From NCBI GenBank assembly GCA_052327205.1, contig CM126222.1, forward strand, positions 49,538,001 to 49,602,000: a stretch of 64,000 nt of DNA. Reading direction: 5' to 3'. The position numbers and the translations under genes were made by a program. Below the pieces are notes generated by a model. It saw nothing but the letters and a program-made list of their open reading frames with translations. It searched no databases and had not been told where the DNA came from. How positions within the stretch are numbered: position 1 is the stretch's first letter; every line of letters starts with the position of its first letter. Source of the stretch: Somniosus microcephalus (lineage: Eukaryota). Below are positions 26,300 to 37,760 of this stretch, in pieces.

Positions 26300-27460
26300 G
26301 GGCTCAATGGCATAGATGCCCTGGTTTGACAGAGCTATCAAAGGAACCAGTTGATCCCAGTCCATCATTTTCAACAGAACTTGACAGCTGAAGTTTCCTT
26401 ATCTGATTGGAAAGCAGCAAACATTGTGCCTAACCAGAAGAAAGGATCTAAATCAGACCCTCAATAACTGCCATCTATTACCTGTTTCGCCAATAAATGG
26501 AAATGCACGAAAGCCGGAGAAAATAAAAATTGTTGCAATATCTCAACCATAACAACCTGCTATTTAGACATTAATTTGGCTACAGAGCAATTCTGTTAGA
26601 TGAAAATTTGAATCAATTGGCCTAAAAAATGAAGCGGTTCTCACAACTCTAGCACCCACTGAGAACTGCAGTCCTTGCCGTTTTTAGGACTTTTTATATA
26701 GCAAGAAATCCCAGCTTCATTGAGAAGATGAGTTGTAATGTGCTGAACTGAGTATGTTACTTTCTAAGAGGACACAAGTTCATGTTAATTAGTCTTATTA
26801 CGTCAGCGTCACAGGGTCCTTGTGAGAAACATATTTGGCTCCATCTTGTTTCTTCCCTTCATTAATGACTTGGTACATATTATCAAAAGTGGCATTAGCC
26901 CCTTTCTTGATGGCACCAGCTTCCATAGAGCTGCAAAGTAAGGCTAGCAAAAACAAAATCAGTCAAGGCAGACAGAGTGAACATTCAACATTGGATGACC
27001 AAATGGCAAATTACCTTCAGCACTAAGGGGACCAATCAATAGCTCTGTTGAAAATGATTGCTTGTGATGTTATCAACCTTTCTCCACGCTGTAAAGTTTC
27101 CAAACTCCTTTTAGTTACAACCATTCAGATCTGTGACCTGGTAATCGCATCTGACCTACCTTGGGGAAAGCAAGTGGCAAGGATGGGTGAAAAAGTTGCC
27201 AGTAAAGTGAGACTCCTCAAGAAAGCTTGGCTTTCCTCACCCCTGTTGGCAACTTTCGAGTTCTACAAAGCCTATCCACTCAAGTGATCCAATATTGTAG
27301 CTCTGTTTAGTTGACTGCACAGAAATCATGTCTAGATCCACACAGACCAGTGGACTTGATGAGGATATATTCTTCAATGCCAGACCCTTTACAACTGTGG
27401 AGAGCTGTCATCGGCTGTCAGTTCTCGACAAGATAATGACATGAGCGGCACCATGAGTTG
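26300..27460 (+). mobile_element. Highly decayed LINE RT fragment
   Basis: tggaaagcagcaaacattgtgcct...aaaggatctaaatcagaccct reads WKAANIVP..KKGSKSDP, the motif that precedes the RT domain. Confidence 0.5.
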
Positions 27461-28575
27461 CTAGAGTTTAAACCAAGCCTCTCCATTTTTGTCAGCAACC
27501 ACAGGAGCTGCACCTCCATACACTCTCCTGCTCCGCACACAATACCAGCAGCAAAGCTTCACACACTGCTTGTGGAAGTATCTGCCACACCGTGTCATCA
27601 CTCAGAGCTCTCCTTTATACACACAAGTTCAAGCATAGAGTTAGTCATTACATGTTGAGCTAGAGTTGCTGCATGTACATTAAGCTATGGGAAGCTATGA
27701 GTAACTTCCCCATTTTTATCCAGTACAAATACTGCAAGACAAAATTTGTCTTAATGTTTGTCCATGGCTGCATCATATATGATGTGGCATATAATTTAAA
27801 AATATTAAACATATAAATTAAAATCCTATGCAACCATTATTTCTCAAGACTTTTGGATATCTAAAGGCCTGTCTCTACCTGCACTGCAAAAAAAAAAAAA
27901 AAAGCCTGTATCATTATATTTATTCTGGATAAACTAAATTCCAGCCTTGTTGCTACTTGTTGCTTCATTTTATATGGTTTCAACTGAAGTAACGTTGCTG
28001 GTGTCAGAAACTATAGGCATCTTGTGATCAATTTTGAAACTGGGACTGTACTGTCTGATCTTCTTCCATGAAATTCCCCAAAACTTAATGTAATTGTATT
28101 TCAGTACATAAGAACCTAAACTAAAAACTATTTTCTTACGTTTGGTAGCTTATTTTACTGGTTACTTTCCAAAAAAGGGATGTGATGCAAAGGAACTTCA
28201 TTGGGCACAGGTTGGGTTTAAGAAAAGTAAAATGGTCCCATCTAGGTTAGATCTTCACAGTTTCTAATGGTACCCACTTTACTTAGTCACACAATCACTG
28301 GAACGTGATCTTTCTGCTTATCCACTTATACCTGTGTAGAATTATCAGGTCCTAGCAAGCATAATATAGCTGAACCACAATTACCGCAAGCATGTAAATA
28401 ATCTAATTATGTGTTTTCAATTGCTCCAACTATCTCTTTCCCTCTCAGTCTACTTTCCGTTTTGCATTCTTGGGTCTGGTTGCTCTGTGGTCTCATAGAA
28501 TGACTTTGTTACCTTGATGTTCCAGCTGGTGTACTTAACGTATCAAAAGACTGTCTTATTCCCTGTATAATCATA

Positions 28576-28611
28576 TGCATGTCACTCTTTTCCTTTTCTC
28601 TTACCTGCATG
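28576..28611 (+). promoter_or_regulatory. Two RBFOX-binding TGCATG elements upstream of and overlapping the 3' splice site of the 93-nt exon (autoregulatory silencer)
   Basis: TGCATG at 28576-81 and 28606-11. The second runs into the acceptor (TGCATGCAG|). Confidence 0.85.
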
Positions 28612-28614
28612 CAG

Positions 28615-28707
28615 GGATTTGGTTTCGTAACTTTCGAAACCAGTGCTGACGCGGACAGGGCCCGGGAGAAATTAAATGGAACAATCGTAGAAGGTCGTAA
28701 AATAGAG
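28615..28707 (+). CDS. RBFOX3: RBFOX3-like 93-nt RRM exon [31 protein letters not shown] (RNP1)
   Basis: tgcatgcag| acceptor and GAG|gtgcag donor. FETS and KLNGTIVEG are RBFOX3-type residues (RBFOX1/2 have FENS and KLHGTVVEG). Confidence 0.96.
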
Positions 28708-29821
28708 GTGCAGGTCCAATTCTTTCTCTTCTCCCTACTTGTCTACTTCATCATTTTCTATTGGTTAGTTAGTGTGCGTTTTCCATTTCCTCCTTTCCCA
28801 TCTTCCATACTTAAATATATGGCCTGAAACAGGTGTCTTCATTTAGCAAAGGACTCACGGTGCCTGGTTTGGTGTTCCTTGTTGCTCTTTCAATGCAGTG
28901 GATGGGGTAGTATTTGAGATCAACAACCTATAAAACTCTATAAAATCCTAGCTAATAATGAACACTGCCAATTAAAGCCACTCAGTAATCAAGTAAAACT
29001 CTTTTTATTTTATAAGAACATCTTATTTCCCCAAGAACACATGCTGGTTAAATTCAAGGAAATCTGAACTTTATAAAGACAAGGCTTCACTTGGTTTTTG
29101 TTTATTACTGGAGCTAATAGAAAAGATATCAAGATCATGGATAAAAAAAAAATACATTATCAAAATAGGGCCCAGCTATTTTCCGTTTTCTTCATATATG
29201 TTGATGTCATTTTAGACAGAATATTCCCGTCTAATACTTTTGCTCAAACACTTCCTGTGCTGGGGACAGTTAATATGCCCACTGGAGCTAATAACACACC
29301 CACTGCCTTGTTTTCTAAAATAGATGAGTGAGAGCAACTTCCTCAGCCACGAGCATCACTGAGACGAAAGAGCAAGTGACCTTTCAGTTGAAGACATTTT
29401 AAAAGCTTGTTCTAAGCCATCTTTACTGTGATGTTTTGTGTTACTTTCATTTCCATTAGTTTTTGCGTTCACCTTAAGGCTCACTAATGAACTCTGATAT
29501 TAAGTGAATCCCATGGGAATTAATCTACAAGTCTACAGCATAATAATAATGCCCAATTTCTTCAACTTGAAATTTGCAAGACTTAGCTGAAAGTAGAAAG
29601 AATATAAATGTCCTGGGGTTTTGACGGTTTCCTTTGCTGCCACCACAGTGCTGGAGACTTCTGGAATACAGCAGGACAGTATTTTGGGCATTAATGATAG
29701 ATTAGTACAATTGCTGAATGGAGACCGGTGCAATGTACTACATGTATCAACAGTGAATCAGTATTGATAACAAGGAAGGTATACTTAATTACAGGACCAT
29801 TGTAAGATTACAATCAAAATG

Positions 29822-29846
29822 CTCTCTCTCTCTCTCTCTCTCTCTC
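29822..29846. repeat. (CT)n microsatellite
   Basis: Direct reading of the sequence. Confidence 0.95.
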
Positions 29847-30187
29847 ATGCTATTTCCCAGTTTATAATAGTTTTTTGTTGGTATCAGTACTGGTACATAT
29901 GGGTACTGACTGACATTGGTAATGGCTCAGAGTGAACAAACAAATTAAGGCACCAGAGTTACTGTAACTATTCATGCTAGTAGTAACTCCATCGTCATTT
30001 AAGTAGTTGGAGCTGGAAGGCAGATTCCAGTACTTGAGAATTATTAGCACTGCTCAGTACTATCAACTAATAGAGATAAAATAATCCATTTGCCAACATT
30101 GTAGATACAAGAAAATAATTGCAACATCGAATGCATGTAAAGTAGTGTCATCACAAATATACATTTGCCTTGAAGTTTGAATATATT

Positions 30188-30929
30188 GGCCCTGAATTTG
30201 TGGTGGGAGGCATACCAGAAGAAGACACCTCCAAAACGAAAAATAAAATCTGAACTTTCCTGGTGTCTTCGGAGCCTTCGGGTCCTGGGCCCCCAGGCGT
30301 ACGCCTGCGTAAAGGCCCGCGCATCCCAGGGGCGCACGTGGTTTACAAGCGTCCCTGGGATAATGTGGGCCCGGCCAACCAATCAAAAAGGGGGATTCCT
30401 ATGATGCTTATGGGGATTCCATTTTACGGAATCCCCATAAAAAAATTACAAATCCCCAAATAAATAAGAATTCACACCACTTAAATAAAAATAAATGATC
30501 ACATGTTCAAAATTAATCAAAAGACCCTTTAAGCTTTTAAAATAAAAATTACATTTTTTGAAAAGTAACTAATCATTGTAAACCAGGCCAAAATTTACCT
30601 AAGCTAATTTTAAATGTACATATGTACGTGTATGTTTTAATCATTTAAAAAATATATATATTTTAACATTTATTTTAACCCTTACGCTGGTGAAAGAAGG
30701 CCTTATGCCTGCTTTCACCAGGCATAAGGGTTTCCTGGGCAGTAATTGGGCTCCGCCAGCGATGTTTCTGCAGCGGATGCGAAGGATCTGTCAACGCGAA
30801 ACTTGACAGATCACAAGTTCCAGGTTTTCGCGCATGCGCAGCACAAGTGGAGACCCGAAACTCGCAGGGCCATTCTGAGCACTTACGACAGCGTATGCTG
30901 TCCGTCATCAGCCCCGTAAAATCCAGGCC
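30188..30929. mobile_element. Non-autonomous Harbinger-like element
   Basis: TIRs ggccctgaatttgtgg / ccgtaaaatccaggcc and TSD ATT. Related to 11051-12488. Confidence 0.8.
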
Positions 30930-32219
30930 ATTGTGTTTACAAAATTAAAGGCAGGCTTATTTACCTGTATTTTCTTTTACATTTTGACACAGTAGAATGC
31001 CAAAAGATTTTACAGAACTTCCTCTTACACTCAGTGATCCAAATATAGTATACCTTGACGAATAAGTAGGAGTTCGGTATGGTTAGCACATCAGATGTAA
31101 TAGTTAAGGTTGTTATGGCTAAAAATGCCCATTTTGGTATAATTCAGTGATCCTGGAAACAGTGAGATTTACTTCTATTAGACTGGGTCTTATGAGTTTC
31201 ACAAGTGCACAGTAGGGTTTTCAAAGCTTGAACAGTCTGGACTGGGAAGCGATTCTGATCCAGCGCTAGATGCCTGAAACACTGTGCCCGAGTTCTTCCA
31301 GTCCATCACCACTGATCCGTACCATTTCTGTGTCACTTACCTGTGTCTACTTCCATCACTTTTCATTTATGAAGTTCACGCCATACCCGTATAGATCATT
31401 TCATAGCTTCTTATTCAAGGTAAGCATGTTATAAGCAAAACCACTTAGTTTAATATAGTCGGCAGTGTGTGCTTTGAAGTTAAATTATTTGTCGATTGCA
31501 TTAAGATGTGCACTACTGCCTGTTACTGGAAATCTTTATTTTCTAAAATGTGTCAAGGGGGACGTAATTTTTTTTTTTAATTGCGCATTTGTTATTAAAA
31601 AAAAGCGTTTCGGTGTGAGATTTTTCTCTGACTGAAAGCATGAACTGTTAATGGTAGAGAATTTTCATTTTTGAGCTTTTTGCAACAAAAATCATCAAAA
31701 TAAATATAATTCCTATTTCCTTAACAATTTGTTGTTTTATAGAGGTGAATAAAATCTACTGGTTTAATCTAGTTCTGGTAATATCTTATCTAGATGTATA
31801 CTAGTAGTACGGTTAATCCTTTATTGAACAGTAAAATTTCAGTACAATTGTCACGAATCAGGTCATCATGGAAGAAGACAATTACTTCATGTAAATTCTG
31901 GTGTATAAATGTACCCATAACAATGTAGCTAGTTCCCCTCACCCCCATGAGGCCCCACATATGCTGGGACAGGCAGATTCTTCTCCCATCTGTTAGCAGG
32001 GCCAAAGCACCCTGGAACTGTACCCGAGAACCAGGCAGCACAGCTTTGAGCGGCCACCACAGAATGGTAGGATTACTTAAAGGGACCACTGCCATATGAT
32101 CACCACACCACGGTTGTTATTACTTTTTTTACAAATTGGTCATCTTTACCAGGATAATCCCAGAACTGAGAGGTTAGAACTATCAGGAAAGACTGAACAG
32201 GCTGGGGCTTTTTCCAATA

Positions 32220-32750
32220 GCAAAATACTGCGGATGCTGGAAATCTGAAATAACAGCAGAAAATGCTGGAAACACTCAGCTGGTCAGGCAGCATCCGTGG
32301 AGAGAGAAACAGAGTTAGCGTTTCAGGTCTGTGACCCTTCGTCAGAACTGGAAACAGTTAGAGATGTAACCAGCTTTAAGCAGGTGCAGGGAAAGGGGGA
32401 GGGGGAGGGGAAGAAAGAACAAAAGGGGCGGTCTGTGATAGGGTGGAAGGCAGGAGAGATTAAATGTTGCAAATGGGGATGGCTGAAAAAAATAGGGGCA
32501 GGGGTTATAGTCTGAAATTGTTGAACTCAATGTCGAGTCCAGAAGGCTGTAAAGTGTCTAATTGAAAGATGAGGTGCTGTTCCTCGAGCTTACGTTGAGC
32601 TTCATTGGAACAGTGTAAGAGGCCGAGGTCAGAGTGGGATTGGGAGTGGAGCAGAGAATTAAATTGACAAGCAACCGGAGGACTGAACGGAGGTGTTCCG
32701 CAAAGCGGTCACCCAATCCGTTCAGTCCATAAAGGGTGACCCTGAGCTTC
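32220..32750 (-). mobile_element. Penelope-like retroelement 3' fragment (GIY-YIG remnant + terminal repeat region)
   Basis: Minus-strand LGDRFAEHLRSV (GIY-YIG C-terminal helix). Tail gatgctgcctgacc.gctgag...ttccagcatccgcagta. Confidence 0.8.
32313..32349 (-). ncRNA. Minimal type-I hammerhead ribozyme motif of the Penelope element, probably inactive
   Basis: Minus strand agtt-CTGACGA-agggtc-aca-gacct-GAAAC-GC-T-aact: core boxes, stem II and stem I (agtt/aact) are present, but U16.1 is replaced by C. Confidence 0.65.
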
Positions 32751-35284
32751 CAGTCGCTTGTCACTTTAACAGATGAGGTAAGGGCACAGAATGCCAAGAA
32801 GCCTATGTACAACAGACAATCCAACAGATATAAGCCACAGTAGGACTATTTTTTTCTCTTGGCGCTACCTCTGGTTTAGCGTCCTGCAGAGAATATATGG
32901 AAGTGGTATGTTGAATGCATACGGAAGCGGTGTGCCAAAATGTAGTAATATGCAAATGTTTATCTGCTTATTTTGATCATTGGGGACTAATGGGCATCAG
33001 TTGGATTTCTCCTGAGATTATCCCGAGATTGGATTTAAAGTCTTTGGAACTGATCAATGGATCAAGTTATCCATTTAATTATAAGCATCCTATAGGGCTG
33101 TTTTCAGTATGTATTTGTTTGGCAGCTGTGCCTGTCTAGGCAAACACCATTTTGAATCTTGAGAATGACTGAAAGCCTAAATATAGTGATGAGAAATACA
33201 TTTTTGCGGTCCTTGTTCTGGGGTATCTTCAAAGGAATTTGCAGCTATGTCTTGGGAAGTATTGCACAAAGACAGCAGTCAGTCTGATACCATTAGGGGT
33301 ATGAGGCTAATCAAGAGATTCTGTGGCAGCAGATGGCTTATGAAATATAAGTGACCGTGTTTCAAGAGTTGGTTTTACGTTGAGAGTTAACACAGAAGAA
33401 GTGCCTTTGTTGTTTTTTGCATTTTGAGGAGATTAATAATGTAATTTTTGTAAATATACTATTTGTACTCAGTGCTGTTCATTAACCTGTTTAAAGTTAA
33501 TAAATTGTTTGTTGGTTTACAGCCTTAACCTCAGTTTGATACAATGTACAGTATATTCTTCCATTTACCAAATATGAGGAAATCACGTGTCAGCACATGA
33601 TGTTTTCCAGCAGACCAGAATACAATGACAAGGTTTCTTTATTCGACCCTTGGATATTGTAACTTATATACTTAAATACCGGGCAAGTAAAGGCACAGTT
33701 TGGTTCACAGGGGACGCGAGGAGTTGCATACAGGAGTGGCTGGTGACAGTGAATCCAAGGATATGCCTAGCATAAAACCCTCCCAAAAAAGCAAATAGGT
33801 ATAAGGGTCTCAGTGTACAAGATTGTTCACTGTAGTCTCTTTAGTGGTACAGTAAAATGTGTTTACGTACAAGATTGCCTACATTGAATGCGGCACAAAA
33901 TTTCAATAAAGAGCCCATGTGTCTCTGCTATTTCCATGTGTCTATCATTTGCAGCACAATCTAGTGTGACAAAGCAAGCCTCGTCAGCCATCACTGGGAG
34001 AGCAAGTCTACAGCTTATATAAGTGAGACCTCTATACGCGTTTCAAATATAAGGGAGCAACATTCATACCAGTGAAGCTTATAGATCAGATTTTACAATA
34101 ATTAAAAAATCTTTCACGCTTATGAAAGATTAATTCCCTGAAGAGTTTACAATTTTAATTAATACAAAATTCAGGGGCACTTACTACAATATTAGCTGGG
34201 GAAACAAAAATGGTAATTTTTCTCATATTATTGCAGACAGGGTAATGTGTAAAGTGTTGACTTTGCTAAAGATATATACTTTTAAACCCAAATATTTCAG
34301 AGGAGTTTAGTGTTGATAATATACCCTGGGAGGGGCGGATTTCTCAATTTGGGAACGCCCATTTTACCTCCATAAAATGAGCACTAAACCATTGATAGTT
34401 GGATCATGATCTCGCATATCTGTTTCACACGTTGGTACCAGTTTCAGTCGGGGCTTCTTTTAGGCATCCAGGGCATCCGCCTGAAAACAGCGGGCACTTA
34501 TTCAAGCATGGGCTTGTTTTAAAACCCACATTTTTCAGCCCTTTTCAGCTCTGGTGTCCTGTTCGGCAATTCTAAATCAGTCACGAAAATCAGGGATGTG
34601 AACTGCCTGGAGGGTGATATTTCTAGCGATAATTCAGGGGATCACCAGCTGCTCTCGGGTAAATCACTGGTTAATTTATTTGGTGCTGCTTTCGAGCTTT
34701 TGGGAGTTTTGGCTGCTGGAACGGACAGTAATCGTTTCTGAAAGTATTTGGTGAGTCAGCAGAGGGTTTTTGACCAGGGGCTTCCGGCAAACTTCTGATT
34801 GGTTTCAATGAGCTTGGCGCCATTGTGATTGGAAGAGGAGGAGGAGGAGCAGGCTAGAGTCCATGGAGCTGCAGAGAGAAGAAGTAGAAGGAGTGTAGCT
34901 AGCAGGATCCCACAGGAAAATACAGGCCCAAAACTTCTTACCTGCAGTTCACTAGGGAGCAGTGTGTGAGGAGGCTCTGCTTTACTCGAGAGCCTGTCAC
35001 AGAGTTCTGTCACCTACTGCAGCACCAACAGAAGCCATGTATGTGCTTGCCTGTGTCTGTCAAAGACACGGTGGCCATGAACTTTTATGCCTCGGGGTCA
35101 TTCCAGTCTGCAGCAGGTGACATCTGCAACATCAGCCAATTAGCTGTTTAGGTCAACATTCGCGAGGTGACGGATGTGTTCTTTGCCAAAGCCAATGACT
35201 TAATTTCCTTCCCCATGAATGCCACGAAGCAGGAAGACAGGGCTCGGGGCTTCGCCAGGATTGCATCATCACCCACGTGTTGAG

Positions 35285-35468
35285 TGTAATGATCAGTAAC
35301 ATGTCATTCTAGAATGGTACACTAGGTGGAGCTGTATGTTTAAGAGTGGGCTACCCACAAGGCAGTAGTCAAGATGGATGCCTGTACACTAGTCCACATG
35401 GCTGAATAAATGACTAGCTCAAGCTAGCTGTTCATAATGAAAACGTCTATTTATTTATGAACATAACA
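35285..35468 (+). mobile_element. 184-bp solo LTR
   Basis: TGTAATG...CATAACA termini, 5-bp TSD TTGAG (35280-84 and 35469-73), AATAAA at 35405. Confidence 0.8.
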
Positions 35469-35778
35469 TTGAGCATCATCGACTGCACACACATAGCGTT
35501 GCGTGCTCCAGTAGGAGAGTCTGGAGTCTATGTGAATACAAAGTGGTTTCACTCACTGACCGTCCAGCTGCTGTGTGACAACATGCAGCACATCATGCAG
35601 GTCTGTGCCAGGTTTCCTGGTAGCTGCCATTATGCCTTTATCCTGCCCCAGTCCTCAATCCCACCCCCCTTCTCTTTCACACTGAGCATTGAGTCAGAGG
35701 CTGGCTGCTTTGGGACAAAGGCTATCCTTTCCAAACCTGACTAATGACACCTCTCAGGATACCAAGCACAGATGCAGA

Positions 35779-36050
35779 GATAGGAACGCAGGAACGGTAG
35801 GTCATTTAGCCCCTCGCGCCTGTTCCGCTATTCAATGAGATCATGGCTGATCTGTGAACTAACTCCATATACCTGCCTTTGCCTCTTATCTCTTAATACC
35901 GCTGCTTAACAAAAATCTATCAATCTCAGATTTAAAATTAACAAATGACCTAGCATCAATTGCTGTTTGTGGAAGAGAGTTCCAAACTTCGATCACCCTT
36001 TGCGTGTAGAAGTGTTTCCTAATTTCACTCCTGAAAGACCTGGCTCTATT
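35779..36050 (-). mobile_element. CR1 LINE 3' end
   Basis: ORF 35886-36074(-) RKHFYTQRVIEVWNSLPQ plus the 3'UTR hairpin. Confidence 0.85.
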
Positions 36051-36904
36051 TTCTTTTTTTGAGATGAGGCACAATCAGTGCCTGCTGTCATCTGGAGAGG
36101 AAACAACACGCACCTCTCCCATGGTACCATGGCTACTTGCATGGGACGGCATCTCAGCACTCCCATTGAACTGTGGAAGAGCAGACTGTCGGAGTGTTGT
36201 GACATCTTGGAAGCCCCTATCAATACTTTCCTTCCAGCTTAATTAGCTTCCAGAAATGGATGAGCCAAGGGCCCGTTTGGTCTCAGTAAATGCATCCTTG
36301 AGTGGTGCTACTGCTGGTGCCAGAGACTCATAGCTAGAGGGCCCAACTGCTCCACGGTAGAGTGCAGTAATGATGCCATGTATGACTGCCACACAGAAGT
36401 TAGAAGTAGACGCCTCCACACCCTTCAACATGTCGTGTTGCCCCCAGACATTCAGCCTACTACACCTGACAATTCCTGGTTACGTAATTAATTTTCGTCT
36501 TTTGAAAGCTGGGCCTTGGAAGTCATGATCTCCACTCCCTACAACAGGGCTAGGAAAGTGAACTCGGCCTCTGGTAAGCAGTGTCCCGAGTTGTGCTCTC
36601 CTCCTACCCTTGTGCCTGTGCATTTGTGCTCGGTAATCAGCCAAAGCCAACCCTCTCTAAGTCACTAACTAAAGGTCACAGAGTGACAATTTTTGAGCTG
36701 CCACTTGCAAGGGTAAGAGCAAGTGTTGATGCGTTTTCAGTTGTAGATTCTTCCTTGCCCTCCTCTACTACTAATGGGCCCGAGACTTCATCAGGACAGG
36801 CAGCACGAGGCCAGGTGCTTTCCCACAGATTGGGTGAATGAAAAATTGGAAAGAGAGTAAATTTAGGTTCATCTTTCACCTTGTAGTTAGTTTCAGATGA
36901 GATT

Positions 36905-37760
36905 AGAGGAGCTCCATTCGCAATTCCTCAGATAATGAATAAGTCCATGGCCACATGCATTAAGATCTGGCTATCATCCAGGCTTGGGTTGATAAGTAGC
37001 AAGTAATATTTATGCCATACAAATGCCAGGCAATGACTATCTCCAACAAGAGGGAGCCTAACCACCTCCCCTTGGAATTCAACAGCAGTACCATTGCCGA
37101 GTCCCGCACCATCAACATCTTGGGGGTCGTCATTAACCAGAAACTCAACCAAACCAGCCACGTAAAAGGAGAGGCTATTAAAGCAGGTCAGAGGCTGGGT
37201 ATTCTATGGCGAGTGGCTCACCTCCTGACTCCACAAAGCCTCTCCACCACCTACAAGGCACAAGTCCGGAGTGTAATGGAATACTCTGCACTTGCCTGGA
37301 TGGGTGCAGCTGGAACACTCAAGAAGCTCAACACCATCCAGAAAAAAGCAGTCCGCTTGATCAGCACCTCACCATCCGCCTCTTTCACCACCAATGTACC
37401 CTAGCTTCAGTATGTACTATCTACAGGATGCACTGTAGCAACAAGGCTTCTTCAGTAGCACCTCTGAAACCCACGACCTCCAGTACCTAGAAGGACAAGG
37501 GCAGCAGGCGTATGGGAACACCACCACTTCCACATTCCCCCTTCAAGTCACACACCATCTTGACTTGGACATATATTGTCATCTCTTCATTGTCACTGGG
37601 TCAAAATCCTGGAACTTCCTACCTAACAACAGTGTGGGAGCACCTTCATCACACAGACTTCAAAAAGAAAGCGCAACATCACCTTCGCCACCTTCTCAAG
37701 GGCGACTAGGGACAGGTAATAAACACCGGCCCAGCCAGCAATGCCCATATCCCGCCCGAG
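36905..37760 (+). mobile_element. 3' part of a second LINE family (CR1/L2 group)
   Basis: ORF KCQAMTISNKRE...YKAQVRSVMEYS. Same family as 48847-50262(-) and 58960-59140(+). Confidence 0.85.

Larger units (their letters stand above)
34332..36900 (+). mobile_element. Decayed autonomous-type Harbinger transposon (HARBI1-like DDE transposase), interrupted by a solo LTR and a CR1 end
   Basis: ORF pieces NFYASGSFQSAAGDICNISQ, IIDCTHIALRAP, FHSLTVQLLCD...ARFPGSCH, DKGYP..LMTP. Confidence 0.82.

Noticed and set aside
28708-28827. ORF extension [21 protein letters not shown]... resembling a transmembrane tail
   Set aside because: It is read-through into a pyrimidine-rich intron after a valid donor, with no evidence of retention.
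32759-33748. Possible ~1-kb LTR (tgtcac...gtgaca)
   Set aside because: There is no matching target-site duplication and no second copy.
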